NCBI GenBank assembly: GCA_950097015.1
Contig: CATNEN010000003.1
Span: 7,874,001-7,938,000, forward strand
Length of the DNA: 64,000 bases
Reading direction: 5' to 3'
Source: Macrostomum hystrix
Taxonomy: Eukaryota; Animalia; Platyhelminthes
Below are positions 12,101-23,964 of the stretch, piece after piece (within the stretch, counting starts at the first letter, position 1; each line of letters begins with the position of its first letter). The translations under genes and the position numbers were made by a program. The notes under the pieces were generated by a model, which searched no databases, was not told where the DNA came from, and was given only the letters and a program-made list of their open reading frames with translations.

Positions 12101-13270
12101 TCCTGACCTCTTTGTCAAAAGCCCAAATTTTTACCAGTGGGTTACAAACTTACTATCTTATATTTAGTCATAAAGCAATATAAAAATATGGATAAAGTAT
12201 ATAATTACCTTAATGTATCTCTATTTTTCTGTTGCAGCTTGGTGGCTCTGTTGCACAGTTCTGTACAAATCTTCGATTTCCCTAATCAGCCGGAGCGTCG
12301 AGTGGCTCGCCTAGACTGCTGGCCGGCTTCGGCCAGCGGTGCCGCCAGAGGCCTGGCCAGCATGTCTGGCCGACTATTGGCTTTCGCAGCGAAAGGACAG
12401 CCTGGCTATGCTCAACTGGTCCGATTGGATCGTTTGAACTCAGCCCCGGTCCTCATTCACGTGAGTGTACTTTTGGTGCTGTAAATTCCTTCATTTCTAC
12501 CCGTCTTCCTTTTCCTCTACGCCTCTTTACTGTCTTGCTCATATGCTTCATTTCTTTCCTGTCTTTATGGATTTGTTAATTCCTATTACATTTCTTTTAT
12601 GTAATAGGACTGTTTAAATAGGTTATCTCTCCTTAAAAGTGCAAAATCATCTACCCCAATGGTATCCCCCATTTTCAAACTCCAATCCGAAACAAAACAG
12701 GCCCACAAAGCACCACTAGCCGCTATACAGCTAAGTCGAGACGGCGATATACTAGCCACAGCTGGTCAGCGCGGCACTCTGGTTAGACTATTCAGCACGT
12801 CGCATCGTCGCCTACTTCGCGAGCTTCGCCGCGGAGCCGATCCTGCTCTGTTGTACTGCCTGGCATTTAGTCCAGCCGGCGATTTCATTTGCACCGCTTC
12901 GGATAAAGGCACCGTCCACGTCTGGAGTGTCGGCGTCGGCGCCTACGTCAGCGACTCTGGCAGCCTCGACGCGGCCGACGCTTCGTCGCCAACTTCGTCG
13001 CAATCCTCGGCGGCCGCTTCGCCTGTTTCGTCGGCTGCGATGCACTCTTCGTCGGCGAAATTTCTGCCCGATTTGGTTGACGGCGCTCGGGCCGATGTGA
13101 ACTTTAATCTGCCGCCGGACACTCGCTCCAATGTCGCTTTCGTTGGACCGCAGTGCATTGTTGCCCTGACTCTGGACGGTGCCTATAGGCGGTACAGTTT
13201 CACGCAGAGCTGCGTTACTAGAGACGCATTTGACGTCTTTACCGATATGGCGTTGGATTCTGAGTTCTGA
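9181..13270 (+). CDS. WDR45: WD repeat domain phosphoinositide-interacting protein 4 (WIPI4/WDR45, Atg18 family); exons 9181-9226, 11281-11355, 11427-11531, 11606-11693, 12238-12460, 12701-13270
   Basis: All junctions are GT-AG and phase-consistent. The product reads MQKNIIRSINFNEDFSCFTC...VFNVNPL...RSNLFALVGGGKTPKF...IIWDEA...AHKAPLA...GTLVRLF...ELRRGADPALLYCLAFS...SDKGTVHVW. LRRG.DPA.LYC fits WDR45 better than WDR45B. AATAAA at 13419. Confidence 0.92.
9447..10010. mobile_element. Non-autonomous DNA transposon (MITE), 564 bp, in WDR45 intron 1
   Basis: Perfect 17-bp TIR CCATAGTCCGGATCATG (9447-9463 / 9994-10010). 8-bp TSD CTTTTGAT at 9439-9446 and 10011-10018. About 9 subterminal GGCGTAA motifs. 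Confidence 0.9.
10029..10557. mobile_element. Old decayed MITE
   Basis: Imperfect inverted repeats of about 45 bp: TCCACCTTGGTGACAAACTACTTTGGCAACAACCATTTTGGTAACAA versus the reverse complement of 10511-10557. No TSD is visible. Confidence 0.55.
12046..12140 (-). mobile_element. Degenerate tRNA-derived CORE-type SINE remnant in WDR45 intron 4
   Basis: The minus strand has a B-box-like GGAGTTCGATCTC and ATTGCTTCAGTTCACCCAGCTGTAAA, shared with the SINEs at 23152 and 35596. Confidence 0.55.
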
Positions 13271-14551
13271 TTTTGAAATCAATCGTCCTTGTTTGTATGT
13301 AGATTATTGTTATGTTTTATTAGTCCAACTGTTTGAATTAAGCCTTTTTAATGCTGTAATTTTTGGGTCCTAGTTAAGTAGTTCATTTGTAGTTTTTAAT
13401 CATTGTTTATAAGTCATTAATAAAATTGTTACATAGATTAATGAACTATTTTGCAAAGCTTTAATTTTCAGTTTGACAAACATAAAAAGAGATTATAGCA
13501 ATAATGTCTAGTCTGCCCATGTTGATTGTCTTTTGTTGTTCGTTGTTTTACTAGCGTGTTCTATCTTTCAAGAATTTAATGGTTTATTTTTCTGTGTCTA
13601 GTTATATAGGATTTGATTCGTTTGCTTTAAATCAATAAACTTGCTTTTGAATACTGAAAGTACATTTTTCTTTCGTTATTTTTTATAGTTAAAAAAAGAA
13701 ATGATTATCACGCCCTACAAAGTTAATATTTAGAAATAGCGTGCTATTTTCTAACCATTTTTGTACTTGTTAATTAACAATGTACAAATGCGTGTATATA
13801 CAGGAAAAAATTGTCATGATTTTGGTATAACTAAAAAAATTGCACCCACCTATTTATTCAGTTGCGGTATTATGCTACGTCGAAATGAAAATCTATACAT
13901 CGTTGTACATAATGCATCAGTATCCGGCTCGCTTGCCTGATGTCTTTTTTTAACCTAAAGAAAAAATAGCTTATGAGTCAAACCTTGATAATATTTTCGC
14001 AGTTTTTTTGTCGCTATAAATCTGTAAAAATCGCCAAGTAATGAAAAATATTTTAACCCCTTAGACGCAGCATCTCATGTGAAAATTATTTTTGGTTTTT
14101 TGTCAGTATTTTGTAACCCGGCACGTATCTGTGTACATACGGTGGTAATTATTTTTGGTGTGTGGCGATCTACATAAAGACCAACTAGTACGTGTAAATA
14201 AAAAGAGATTTTAAATATTAATCCATCGACAAAAACAAAAGCTTTTAAACTTCTCTTGCTTTAAAACAATTTTTTGTATATAAGACTAGCAAATCTGACC
14301 CCCTATTTGAAAGCCGCAAAAGCATCTATGAAAGTGTCTTCAGATGGACTAAAGCAATATAGAGTTATATAAATAGCTCGAAAATGAATTGTTTCAATGG
14401 AGTCGGGCCTAGGAGAATTAGCCTCCGCTAGTCTAATATTAGGCCATTCAAAATTCGCATGCTGTGCGTTACTTGTTTTTTTTCAGCCCGAAATTATCAA
14501 CGCTTCCATTTTTATCTGAAGAATTAAATACTTTAATAAAGGTTATCCGCG

Positions 14552-17500
14552 ATGCAGTCCGGCCGACCGGGCGATCAGCCTCCAAAGAAAAAATACACGC
14601 CTTACGCTAATCCGCTAGCGGACGAGCCGGAGACAGCCTACGGCGAGAGCTACTATAGTCGCTATGGCAACAGTAGCCGCAGCGCCGTTGTAGACTATCG
14701 GAGGACGCCCGCCGCAGCTCCAATACAGTCGCCTTCCGCGCCGGCGTCTACTGGCTCGCTGTCGAATCTACCAGCCGCTTCGGCGGCCTACGCCTCAGTT
14801 GGTAGGAAGCGAGTCCAAGATGAAGACGATTATTTCTATGGCGACGAAGAGGAAGATCAGTCAGCAGCAGCCGCAGCCAGTCGGGAAGGCGGCGCTGACA
14901 ATGATGACGAAGAAGATCCTTTGGAAGCTTTCATGGCCGGCGTCACCGCTGAAGCTCGTCGAGATCTGGACAGGGTGACTGGACACGCTTCGCCTACTAA
15001 ACAGGCTGAGCAATCGGCTGCCTCACAAAAGCAGCAGCAGCAGCAGCAGAAGCAGGAACTAAAGAAAGGTCTTCGAGAAGATCTCGAACGGGAAGACGAA
15101 ATGGAAGCCTATTTGAAATTCATGCAAGATAATCCCAATGTGGGAGTGCAAGGTGACGACGAAGAGATCTACGAATATGACAACGATGGCAACATTGTCG
15201 AGCGATCCGGTCACAAAGAGATCGATCCATTGCCGCCAATTGATCATTCGCAGATTTCTTATCCTAAATTTGAGAAGAATTTCTACACAATGCATCCAGA
15301 AGTTGCAGCGATGTCGCCTGGACAAGCCGCTGAGTTGCGTAGCAAGCTTGGCATTAAAGTGCAAGGCGTTGAAGCGCCCTACCCGATATGCTCCTTTGCT
15401 CATCTGGGTCTGGACGATCAGCTCATGGATGCCATCTCGCGAGCCGGCTTCACTCAGCCGACGCCCATTCAGGCGCAGGTGCAGAAACCTATTAGATTGT
15501 AACTGATCGTTGCTTAACATCATCTAAATCGCAATTGGTCAAAATCTACTCAACCACCATTACTCAAAATCCACGGAACCATAAATCATCATCATTGCTC
15601 AAAATCTTCTCAACCTTGATTACTCAAAATCTACTGAACCTTGATTACTCAAAATATACTGAACCTTCATTGCTCAAAATCTACTGAACCTTGATTACTC
15701 AAAATCTGCTGAACCTTCATTGCTCAAAATCTTCTCAACCTTGATTACTTAAAATCTGCTGAACCTTCATTGCTCAAAATCTTCTCAACCTTGATTACTC
15801 AAAATCTACTGAACCTTCATTGCTCAAAATCTACTGAACCTTGATTACTCAAAATCTGCTGAACCTTCATTGCTCAAAATCTTCTCAACATTGATTACTC
15901 AAAATCTACTGAACCTTCATTACTCAAAATCTGCTGAACCTTCATTGCTCAAAATCTTCTTAACATTGATTACTCAAAATCTACTGAACCTTCATTACTC
16001 AAAATCTGCTGAACCTTCAGTAATCAAAATCTACTGAACCTTCATTGCTCAAATTCTGCTGAACCTTCATTGCTCAAAATCTACTGAACCTTCATTGCTC
16101 AAAATCTACTGAAACTTCATTGCTCAAAATCTGCTGAACCTTCATTGCTCCAAATCTACTCAACCATCATTGCTCAAAATCTTTTAAACCTTGATTACTC
16201 AAAATCTACTCAACCACAACCATCATCGCTAAAAATTTATTCATGCAAAAACCATGATTGCTCAAAATATTATCAACCTTTATTAAATCGACTCAAACGC
16301 AAACTCGTAATTTCTCTAAAATCTACTCAAGCTTAATTGCTCCCCTCCGTTACCAGGCCTGTCCAGCTGCTCTCGCCGGTCGCGATGTCATCGGCATAGC
16401 CAAAACAGGCAGCGGCAAAACGGTGACCTTCGTTTGGCCCCTAATTATGCACGTATTAGACCAACCCCAGTTGGCACCCGGCGACGGTCCCATTGGTTTA
16501 ATCTGCGCCCCTACACGCGAATTGGCCCTACAAATCTACGCCGAGGCAAAAAAATTTGGCAAACCCTACGGCGTAACAGTTGTATGCGCCTACGGCGGCG
16601 GCAGCATGTGGGAACAGCAGAAGGCTTGCGAGGCCGGCTGCGAGATTCTAGTCTGCACACCCGGCCGTCTAATCGATCTCGTAAAGAAGAAAGCCACGAA
16701 TTTGAGGCGGGTCACTTATCTGGTGTTCGACGAGGCTGACAAAATGTTCCAGTTGGGATTTGAAGCTCAGGTGAGTGACTACTGCTCATATCCTATTTCA
16801 TATTAGGAGTTTAATTAAGGAGGCTACAAAATTGGTTAGGTATTTAATATCCAGCGTTTGTAACTGTAAAATTGCTGCTGGAATTACATCTGGCCTATCC
16901 ATCAGTCCATCCCTTATTCCGTCAGTGAAATCCTTAATCCATCAGTCCATCCCTTATTCCGTCAGTGAAATCCTTAATCCATCAGTCCATCCCTTATTCC
17001 GTCAGTGAAATCCTTAATCCATCAGTCCATCCCTTATTCCGTCAGTGAAATCCTTAATCCATCAGTCCATCCCTTAATCCAACAGTTTATCTTCCAATCC
17101 AACAGTTTATCCCCCAAATTAATCAGTCCAGCCTCCAATCCCTCAGTCCGTTCTCCAATCCCAAAATCCGTTCCCCAATCCCTGAGTCCATCCTCCAATC
17201 CCTAATATCCATTCCCCAACCCCTAATATCCATTCCCCAGCCCCTAATATCCATTCCCCAACCCCTAATATCCATTCCCCAACCCCTAATATCCATTACC
17301 CAACCCCTAATATCCATTCCCCAACCCCTAATATCCATTCCCTAACCCCAAATATCCATTACCCAACCCCTAATATCCATTCCCCAACCCCTAATATCCA
17401 TTCCTCAGCCCCTAATATCCATTCCCCAACCCCTAATATCCATTCCCCAACCCCTAATATCCATTCCCCAACCCCTAATATCCATCCTCCAATCCCTAAT

Positions 17501-20500
17501 ATCCATTCCCCAACCCCTAATATCCATTCCCCAACCCCTAATATTCATTTCCCATTCCCTCAGTTTATCCTCCAATCCCTCAGTCCATCCTCCAATCCCT
17601 CAGTCCATCATGCAATCCCTCAGTTCATTCTCCAATCCGTCAGTCCGTTTTCCAATCCGTCAGTCCATCATCAAATCCATTAGTTCATTCTCCAATCCCT
17701 CTGTCCATTCTCTAATCCCTCAATCCATCTCCAATCCCTCAGTCCATCTCCAATCTCTCTATCTTTCCCATATGCATTCGTATTAAAATCTCCAAATCCT
17801 TTTCTCAGGTGCGCAGCATAGCCAATCACGTCCGACCGGATCGCCAGACACTGCTTTTCTCAGCCACCTTCAAGCGTCGGGTTGAGCGCCTGGTTCGCGA
17901 CATCCTCACCGATCCCGTTCGCATCTGTCAGGGCGAGCTGGGCGAGGGCAACCAGGATGTGCGCCAATTTGTGGAGATTTTTCGCCAAACCGAGGACAAA
18001 TGGATCTGGCTGCAGCGGCATATGGTGTGTTTGCTTGTTTAATTATGTCATAGTTATCAACTCTCCTATTTATATTCTCACTAGAACCCCACTTCCCCCA
18101 ACTAGAATCCAAATTCCAGCTACTACAATCCCACTTCCCCCAAATAGAATCCAACTTCCTGCTACTAGAATCCCACTTCCCCCAACTACAATCCCACTTC
18201 CCCCAACTAGAATCCCACTTCCCCCAACTAGAATCCCACTTCCCCCAACTATAATCCGACTTCCCCCAACTAGAATCCCACTTCCCCCAACTAGAATCCA
18301 ACTTCCAGCTACTAGAATCCCACTTCCCTCTACTAGAATCCCACTTCCCCCAACTAGAATCCCACTTCCCTCTATTAGAATCCCACTTCCAGCTACTAGA
18401 ATCCCACTTCCCTCTACTAGAATCCCACTTCCCCCAACTAGAATCCCACTTCCCCCAACCAGAATCCAACTTCCAGCTACTAGAATCCCACTTCCCCCAA
18501 CTAGAATCCCACTTCCCTCTATTAGAATCCCACTTCCAGCTACTAGAATCCCACTTCCCTCTATTAGAATCCCACTTCCAGCTACTAGAATCCCACTTCC
18601 CTCTACTAGAATCCCACTTCCCCCAACTAGAATCCCACTTCCCCCAACCAGAATCCAACTTCCAGCTACTAGAATCCCACTTCCCCCAACTAGAATCCCA
18701 CTTCCCTCTATTAGAATCCCACTTCCAGCTACTAGAATCCCACTTCCCTCTATTAGAATCCCACTTCCAGCTACTAGAATCCCACTTCCCTCTACTAGAA
18801 TCCCACTTCCCCCAACGAGTATCCCACTTCCCTCTATTAGAATCCCACTTCCAGCTACTAGAATCCCACTTCCCTCTACTAGAATCTCACTTCCCCCTAC
18901 TAGAATCCCACGTTCCCGCACTAGAATCCCACTTCCAGCTACTAGAATCCCACTTCCCTCTACTAGAATCCCACTTCCCCCTACTAGAATCCCGATTTCC
19001 CGCACTAGAATCCCACTTCCCCCTACTAGAATCCCGATTTCCCGCACTAGAATCCCGATTTCCCGCACTAGAATTCCGATTCCCCCCCCATAGAATCCCG
19101 ATTCCGCCTACTAGAATCCCACTTTATCCAACTAGAATCCTACTTGTCCTACTGGAATCCTGCTTGCCCTAATGATATCCTGCATCGCTTCCAAATCCTC
19201 AATTCCATCTCTCTGTAGGCTGGCTTCTGCACCCAGGGCCAGTTGTTGATCTTCGTCACTCGCAAGGCCAACAGTGACGACATTGCCAAACGAGTGTCTG
19301 GCGCCGGTTTCGCCTGTCGACTACTCCACGGCGATATGCACCAGAGTGAGCGAAATGAGGCCATTGCGGCTTTCAAACGCGGCGAATTTCCCATCCTGGT
19401 AGCCACTGACGTAGCCAGTCGCGGCCTGGACATTCCGGCTATTCGCACCGTTGTTAATTACGAAACAGCTCGCGATATCGACACCCACACGCATCGCGTG
19501 GGCCGTACTGGCCGCGCCGGTCAGAAGGGCATTGCCTACACCCTGCTGTTAGATAAGGAGAAGGACTTTGCCGGCCATCTTGTCCGCAATCTGGAGGGGG
19601 TCGGACAGGAGGTTAGTGCTCTCTGTGTCTAACATTTACCAACCTGTCTAACGTGTTCCAATCTGTCTAACAGGAGACACTCCTGTCAAACATGTTCCAA
19701 CCTGTCTAACATGTTCCGATCTGTCTAACATGTTCCGATCTGTCTAACATGTACCAACCTGTCTAACAGGAGACACTCCTGTCTAACATGTTCCAACCTG
19801 TCTAACATGTTTCAACCTGTCTAACATGTTCCAATCTGTCTAACATGTTCCGATCTGTCTAACATGTACCAACCTGTCTAACATGTTCCGATCTGTCTAA
19901 CATGTTCCGATCTGTCTAACATGTACCAACCTGTCTAACATGTTCCGATCTGTCTAACATGTACCAACCTGTTGAAATATTTTATATTCGCCTCTGTTCT
20001 ATCTATGTCTAGCTTAATGAATATTTATATTATCTTCAATTATTATTTCTAGCAGAAAGGCCAATTACAAACGGCTATTTCTAAGAAATGAGGAGGCGTG
20101 GGAAATCGACTATCTTTTCCTGATGTTGCACTCACTTTAGATGTTATGCTCTCAATCGGATTATATTTAGATGGTGTCAAAGCAAACAATCACAAAGATT
20201 CACTATAAAATTACCGGGAGGTGTTTCCGAAACACGAGTGTTTAATGGTTACTCACGGATCCTTTTGTTAGCTCACAACTGGTGGAAAATGGTTTCAAAT
20301 TAGAGATCGGATAGGAGTTCCAGGAATTCTAATCTCAATGAAGTGATTCTTACTCTTTGACTAAGGTATAGTCTGAGGTCTAGAGCCGGCCAGGGATAAC
20401 AATGGCTAGCAAAAGAGAGTGAGCGGATTAGGTCAACTGCGGCTGGCTCGCGCAAAAGGAGGTCGGAGAAGGGAGGGGAACACTTTCTCTCAGTGCAAGA

Positions 20501-21622
20501 GCTTTTTATATTACTTGACCAAAAGGCTGTCATTCGAGAGGAGTTTCTAAGCGAAACCTAGAGCTCTTGCAAAAGCATTTTCGCATAGGAGGAAAAACTG
20601 AATATTTTTTGGTTTTCATAAGCGCTTATAGATGTGAATCGCATGAGTTAAACTGTAACACTTCACTGTCTAACATGTTCCGATCTGTCTAACATGTTCC
20701 GATCTGTCTAACATGTACCAACCTCTCTAACAGGAGACACTCCTGTCTAACAGGAGACACTCCTGTCTAACAGGAGACACTCCTGTCTAACAGGAGACAC
20801 TCCTGTCTAACAGGAGACACTCCTGTCTAACAGGAGACACTCCTGTCTAACAGGAGACACTCCTGTCTAACAGGAGACACTCCTGTCTAACAGGAGACAC
20901 TCCTGTCTAACAGGAGACACTCCTGTCTAACAGGAGACACTCCTGTCTAACAGGAGACACTCCTGTCTAACAGGAGACACTCCTGTCTAACAGGAGACAC
21001 TCCTGTCTAACAGGAGACACTCCTGTCTAACAGGAGACACTCCTTTCTAACAGGAGATACTACTGTCTAACACCTGTACCTAACAGGTAGCCACCAGTCT
21101 TAGTAGCTATGTACTTGAATGTGCATTATTACATAATCATACATCCGGTTTTCTAACTAGACCAGAAAATATAACTCCGGTTTTCCTCCTCTCGCATCGC
21201 AGGTGCCGCCGCGGCTGTTAGCGTTGGCCAACGAATGCGCCTGGTTCAAGAATTCCAGATTCAAATCCGCCGGTCAGGGCAAACGAATCTCTGCAGCGGC
21301 TTGCAGAACCAGAGAGCGGCCCGGTCTGGGACTCGGACAGGCCGTCGGCGATAGCGATAGTTTCTCTAGTCAGCAACGGCAACCGCAGCAGCAACAGCAA
21401 TCCGAATTAAGCTACTCTAAGCCGTCCCAGAGCGGGCCTCAGACTGACAGGTTATCCGCCGCTAAACAGGCTTTCATGTCGCAGTATAAGAAAATGTTCG
21501 TATCTGCCGGCCCAGACTCCGGCAGTGGCACATCCACCTTGCAGCCACCCCAGCCGCCTCCGCCTCAGTCATCGTCATCGTCTGGCAATGGCGAACGTAG
21601 AAAGCGTTCGAGATGGGATTAA
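14552..21622 (+). CDS. DDX42: ATP-dependent DEAD-box RNA helicase DDX42; exons 14552-15478, 16357-16770, 17809-18024, 19219-19611, 21203-21622
   Basis: All four introns are phase-0 GT-AG. Motifs present: DPLEAFMA, IDPLPPIDHS.I.Y..FEKNFY, Q motif PTPIQAQ, AKTGSGKT, PTRELA, TPGRL, DEAD, SAT, ATDVASRGLDI, HRVGRTGRAG and C-terminal RKRSRWD. AATAAA at about 21710. Confidence 0.95.
15538..16330. repeat. 25-bp minisatellite (CTCAAAATCTACTGAACCTTSATTR) filling DDX42 intron 1
   Basis: Tandem units. Confidence 0.9.
16899..17755. repeat. Composite 40-, 21- and 20-bp C-rich minisatellites in DDX42 intron 2
   Basis: About 4 copies of CCATCAGTCCATCCCTTATTCCGTCAGTGAAATCCTTAAT, about 16 of CCCTAATATCCATTCCCCAAC, then CCCTCAGTCCATCCTCCAAT-like units. 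Confidence 0.9.
18081..19165. repeat. 21-bp minisatellite (ACTAGAATCCCACTTCCCCCA) in DDX42 intron 3
   Basis: About 50 tandem units. It produces the spurious TRIPLPP and GSGILV ORFs. Confidence 0.95.
19626..21090. repeat. CTGTCTAACA-core 19-20 bp minisatellite in DDX42 intron 4, split by an insertion at 19973-20665
   Basis: CTGTCTAACATGTTCCGAT units lie on both sides of the insertion. A homogeneous CTGTCTAACAGGAGACACTC array of about 17 copies follows at about 20725-21070. Confidence 0.93.
19973..20665. mobile_element. Probable solo LTR (693 bp)
   Basis: Unique sequence starting TGAA and ending TTCA (TG...CA with a short inverted terminus). It is flanked by a 4-bp duplication CTGT (19969-19972, 20666-20669) that interrupts one repeat unit. 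Confidence 0.65.
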
Positions 21623-21861
21623 CAAAAACTAAAACAGCATCTGTTTAGCTTGGACTCAATTTTATGTGTCTCATTGTCTATTTCATTCTGTTTATTTTAC
21701 TTGTTAGACAATAAAATTGTTAACTTGTACTGTTGGTTTGTGTATATTAACGTTATGCTGCTCTAAATGGGCTGTTTGAATTAGTTTATCTATTAATTAC
21801 TGTTGAAACAAGCTTTCTTTTATTAATTTGTTCACTTTTTTATAATCTGATCATATCGGGC

Positions 21862-22265
21862 GTTAGACAGGAGTGTCTCCTGTTAGACGGGAGTGTCTCC
21901 TGTTAGACAGGAGTGTCTCCTGCTAGACGGGAGTGTCTCCTGTTAGACAGGAGTGTCTCCTGTTAGACAGGAGTGTCTCCTGTTAGACAGGAGTGTCTCC
22001 TGCTAGATGGGAGTGTCTCCTGTTAGACAGGAGTGTCTCCTGTTAGACAGGAGTGTCTCCTGTTAGACAGGAGTGTCTCCTGTTAGACAGGAGTGTCTCC
22101 TGTTAGACAGGAGTGTCTCCTGTTAGACAGGAGTGTCTCCTGTTAGACAGGAGTGTCTCCTGTTAGACAGGAGTGTCTCCTGTTAGACAGGAGTGTCTCC
22201 TGTTAGACAGGAGTGTCTCCTGCTAGACGGGAGTGTCTCCTGTTAGACAGGAGTGTCTCCTGTTG
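21862..22265. repeat. 20-bp minisatellite (GTTAGACAGGAGTGTCTCCT) x20, the reverse complement of the intron-4 array
   Basis: Direct sequence comparison. Confidence 0.95.
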
Positions 22266-22394
22266 GACCGTAAACAATCGCTTCAGGTATGTGTGATTGT
22301 TCAGTATGTTTTCTTATGAATCTCGATCCTAATCTTCTAAATATCTAAAAAGTTATGAAATTCTCAAATGTACACTGTTATGTGGTGCACCCAC

Positions 22395-22855
22395 ATCTCA
22401 GAGACAAAGACTGGATGTCCAAATCTCAAATACACAGACTGCATGGGTGTCCACAACAAAGACACAGACAGAGTGTCCACCCCAAAGACACAAACTAGGT
22501 GTCCATCCCAGAGACACAGACTGGGTGTCCACCCCAAAGTCACAAACTAGGTGTCCATCCCAGAGACACAGACTGGATGTCCACCCCAGAGACCCAGACT
22601 GGGTGTCCACAACAAAGACACAGACAGGGTGTCCACCCCAAAGACACAGACTGGGAATCCATCCCAAAGACACAGACTAGGTGTCCATCCCAGAGACACA
22701 GACTGGGTGTCCATCTCGGAGACACAGACTGGGTGTTTATCTCGGAGACACACTAGGTGTCCATCCCAGAGACACAGACTACGTGTCCATCCCAGAGATA
22801 CAGACTGGGTGTCCATCTCGGAGACACAGACTAGGTGTTCATATCTGAAAGACAC
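22395..22855. repeat. 25-26 bp minisatellite (CAGAGACACAGACTGGGTGTCCATCC), reverse-complement family of 5773-7550
   Basis: Tandem units. Confidence 0.9.
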
Positions 22856-23151
22856 AGGCAAGTTCGAGTGACAGACACCCCCAGTGCGAAGTTCTCAGCA
22901 AAGACCAGTTGCTTGACGCTGGAGTCAGGTCTGATAAAGACTTCGGCATCGATGCTTTCATATAGTTGTTCTCAAACTGGCCGATGTCTACTCAATGGAG
23001 GATGAGCAAACAGTGAAGCAGCTCATACGTCATAAGACGTATGAACTTGTAAGAATTTGTAAGCATTTTTAAAGTTGGTACCGCAGACTAATTGTATGGC
23101 AAACTCCAACATTATACATACTGTATCTGTTTTCCTGCACATTTACTGTAG

Positions 23152-23425
23152 GGTGGTTGTAGCTTTGCGGTTAGAGCGTCTGACTCATGACTTGAAGGTC
23201 GGGGGTTCGATGCCCGACTCCACTGAAAAAATCTGTGTCGTTTAGCCAGACACTTAACTCGGCATTGCTTCAGTTCACCCAGCTGTTAAATGGGTACCAG
23301 CATCAGCTGGGGTAACTGAGGGGGTGTGGCGTCCCCCCAGTCCATGGACTGAACAGCCGTACACGCAGCATTCAGATGCGCCGTTCAAATAGCTGCGGCT
23401 GTGCTGTCGGCTGCACATCTGGCTC
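23152..23425 (+). mobile_element. tRNA-derived CORE-type SINE (3' tail missing)
   Basis: A/B-box head (TAGCTTTGCGG, GGTTCGATGCC) and a MIR/CORE-like block TGTGTC...AGACACTTAACTC...CTTCAGTTCACCCAGCTGTTAAATGGG. It aligns along its length with 35596-35905. Confidence 0.85.
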
Positions 23426-23964
23426 ACATATTTTTAACTCTTATTTTTACAAATTGCCTGCATATTTTTTAGGAAATTTCGATGCATGAATTCGAATTAC
23501 ATTTTTCATAAAAAAGATTTGAACTTAATCGTGCATCCGACGTGTCTAACTGCACAGTTATTCAGTATAATAAAGAAAAAAAGTAAATCATATGATTTCT
23601 GTTACGTCATATTTAATTCAAGTAGCCTTTTTAAACAGTGCTTCTCAAGGGCTTTTTTATTCATCTAAAATTCGTACATTAGTGTAAGCGAATTCAATAA
23701 GCATTGGTTTCAAAATTGGTTCTTTTTCTGATTTCAAAGAAGGATTAGGAAGGCTTGGTTTATCGGGTGCATTTCGCTATTCAGTTTTGACAGCAACATG
23801 TTGCTGCTTCATCAAAAACTCGACGACTTTGCGCGTGCGGTTACATATGGTGACTGAAAAAAAAACAAATAAAATTTTGGGCAAAAGCAGCCAAATAATT
23901 ATGGAGTGGGCCTCTTGGCTTTCAGAAAGTAAATGTTTGCTGTAAGTTCATAGCTCACTCTGGC

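Noticed and set aside
14053-14075. piggyBac-like end TTAACCCC
   Set aside because: No matching opposite terminus was found.
12812-15523. Antisense or alternative-frame ORFs over WDR45 and DDX42 (also over the lectin, INSM and Beclin-1)
   Set aside because: Shadow ORFs of GC-rich coding exons.
17882-19093. Pro-rich or GSGILV repeat proteins, and similar ORFs at 45-47 kb, 51-52 kb, 56.6-57.6 kb and 59.2-60 kb
   Set aside because: Translations of minisatellites, several of them within defined introns.
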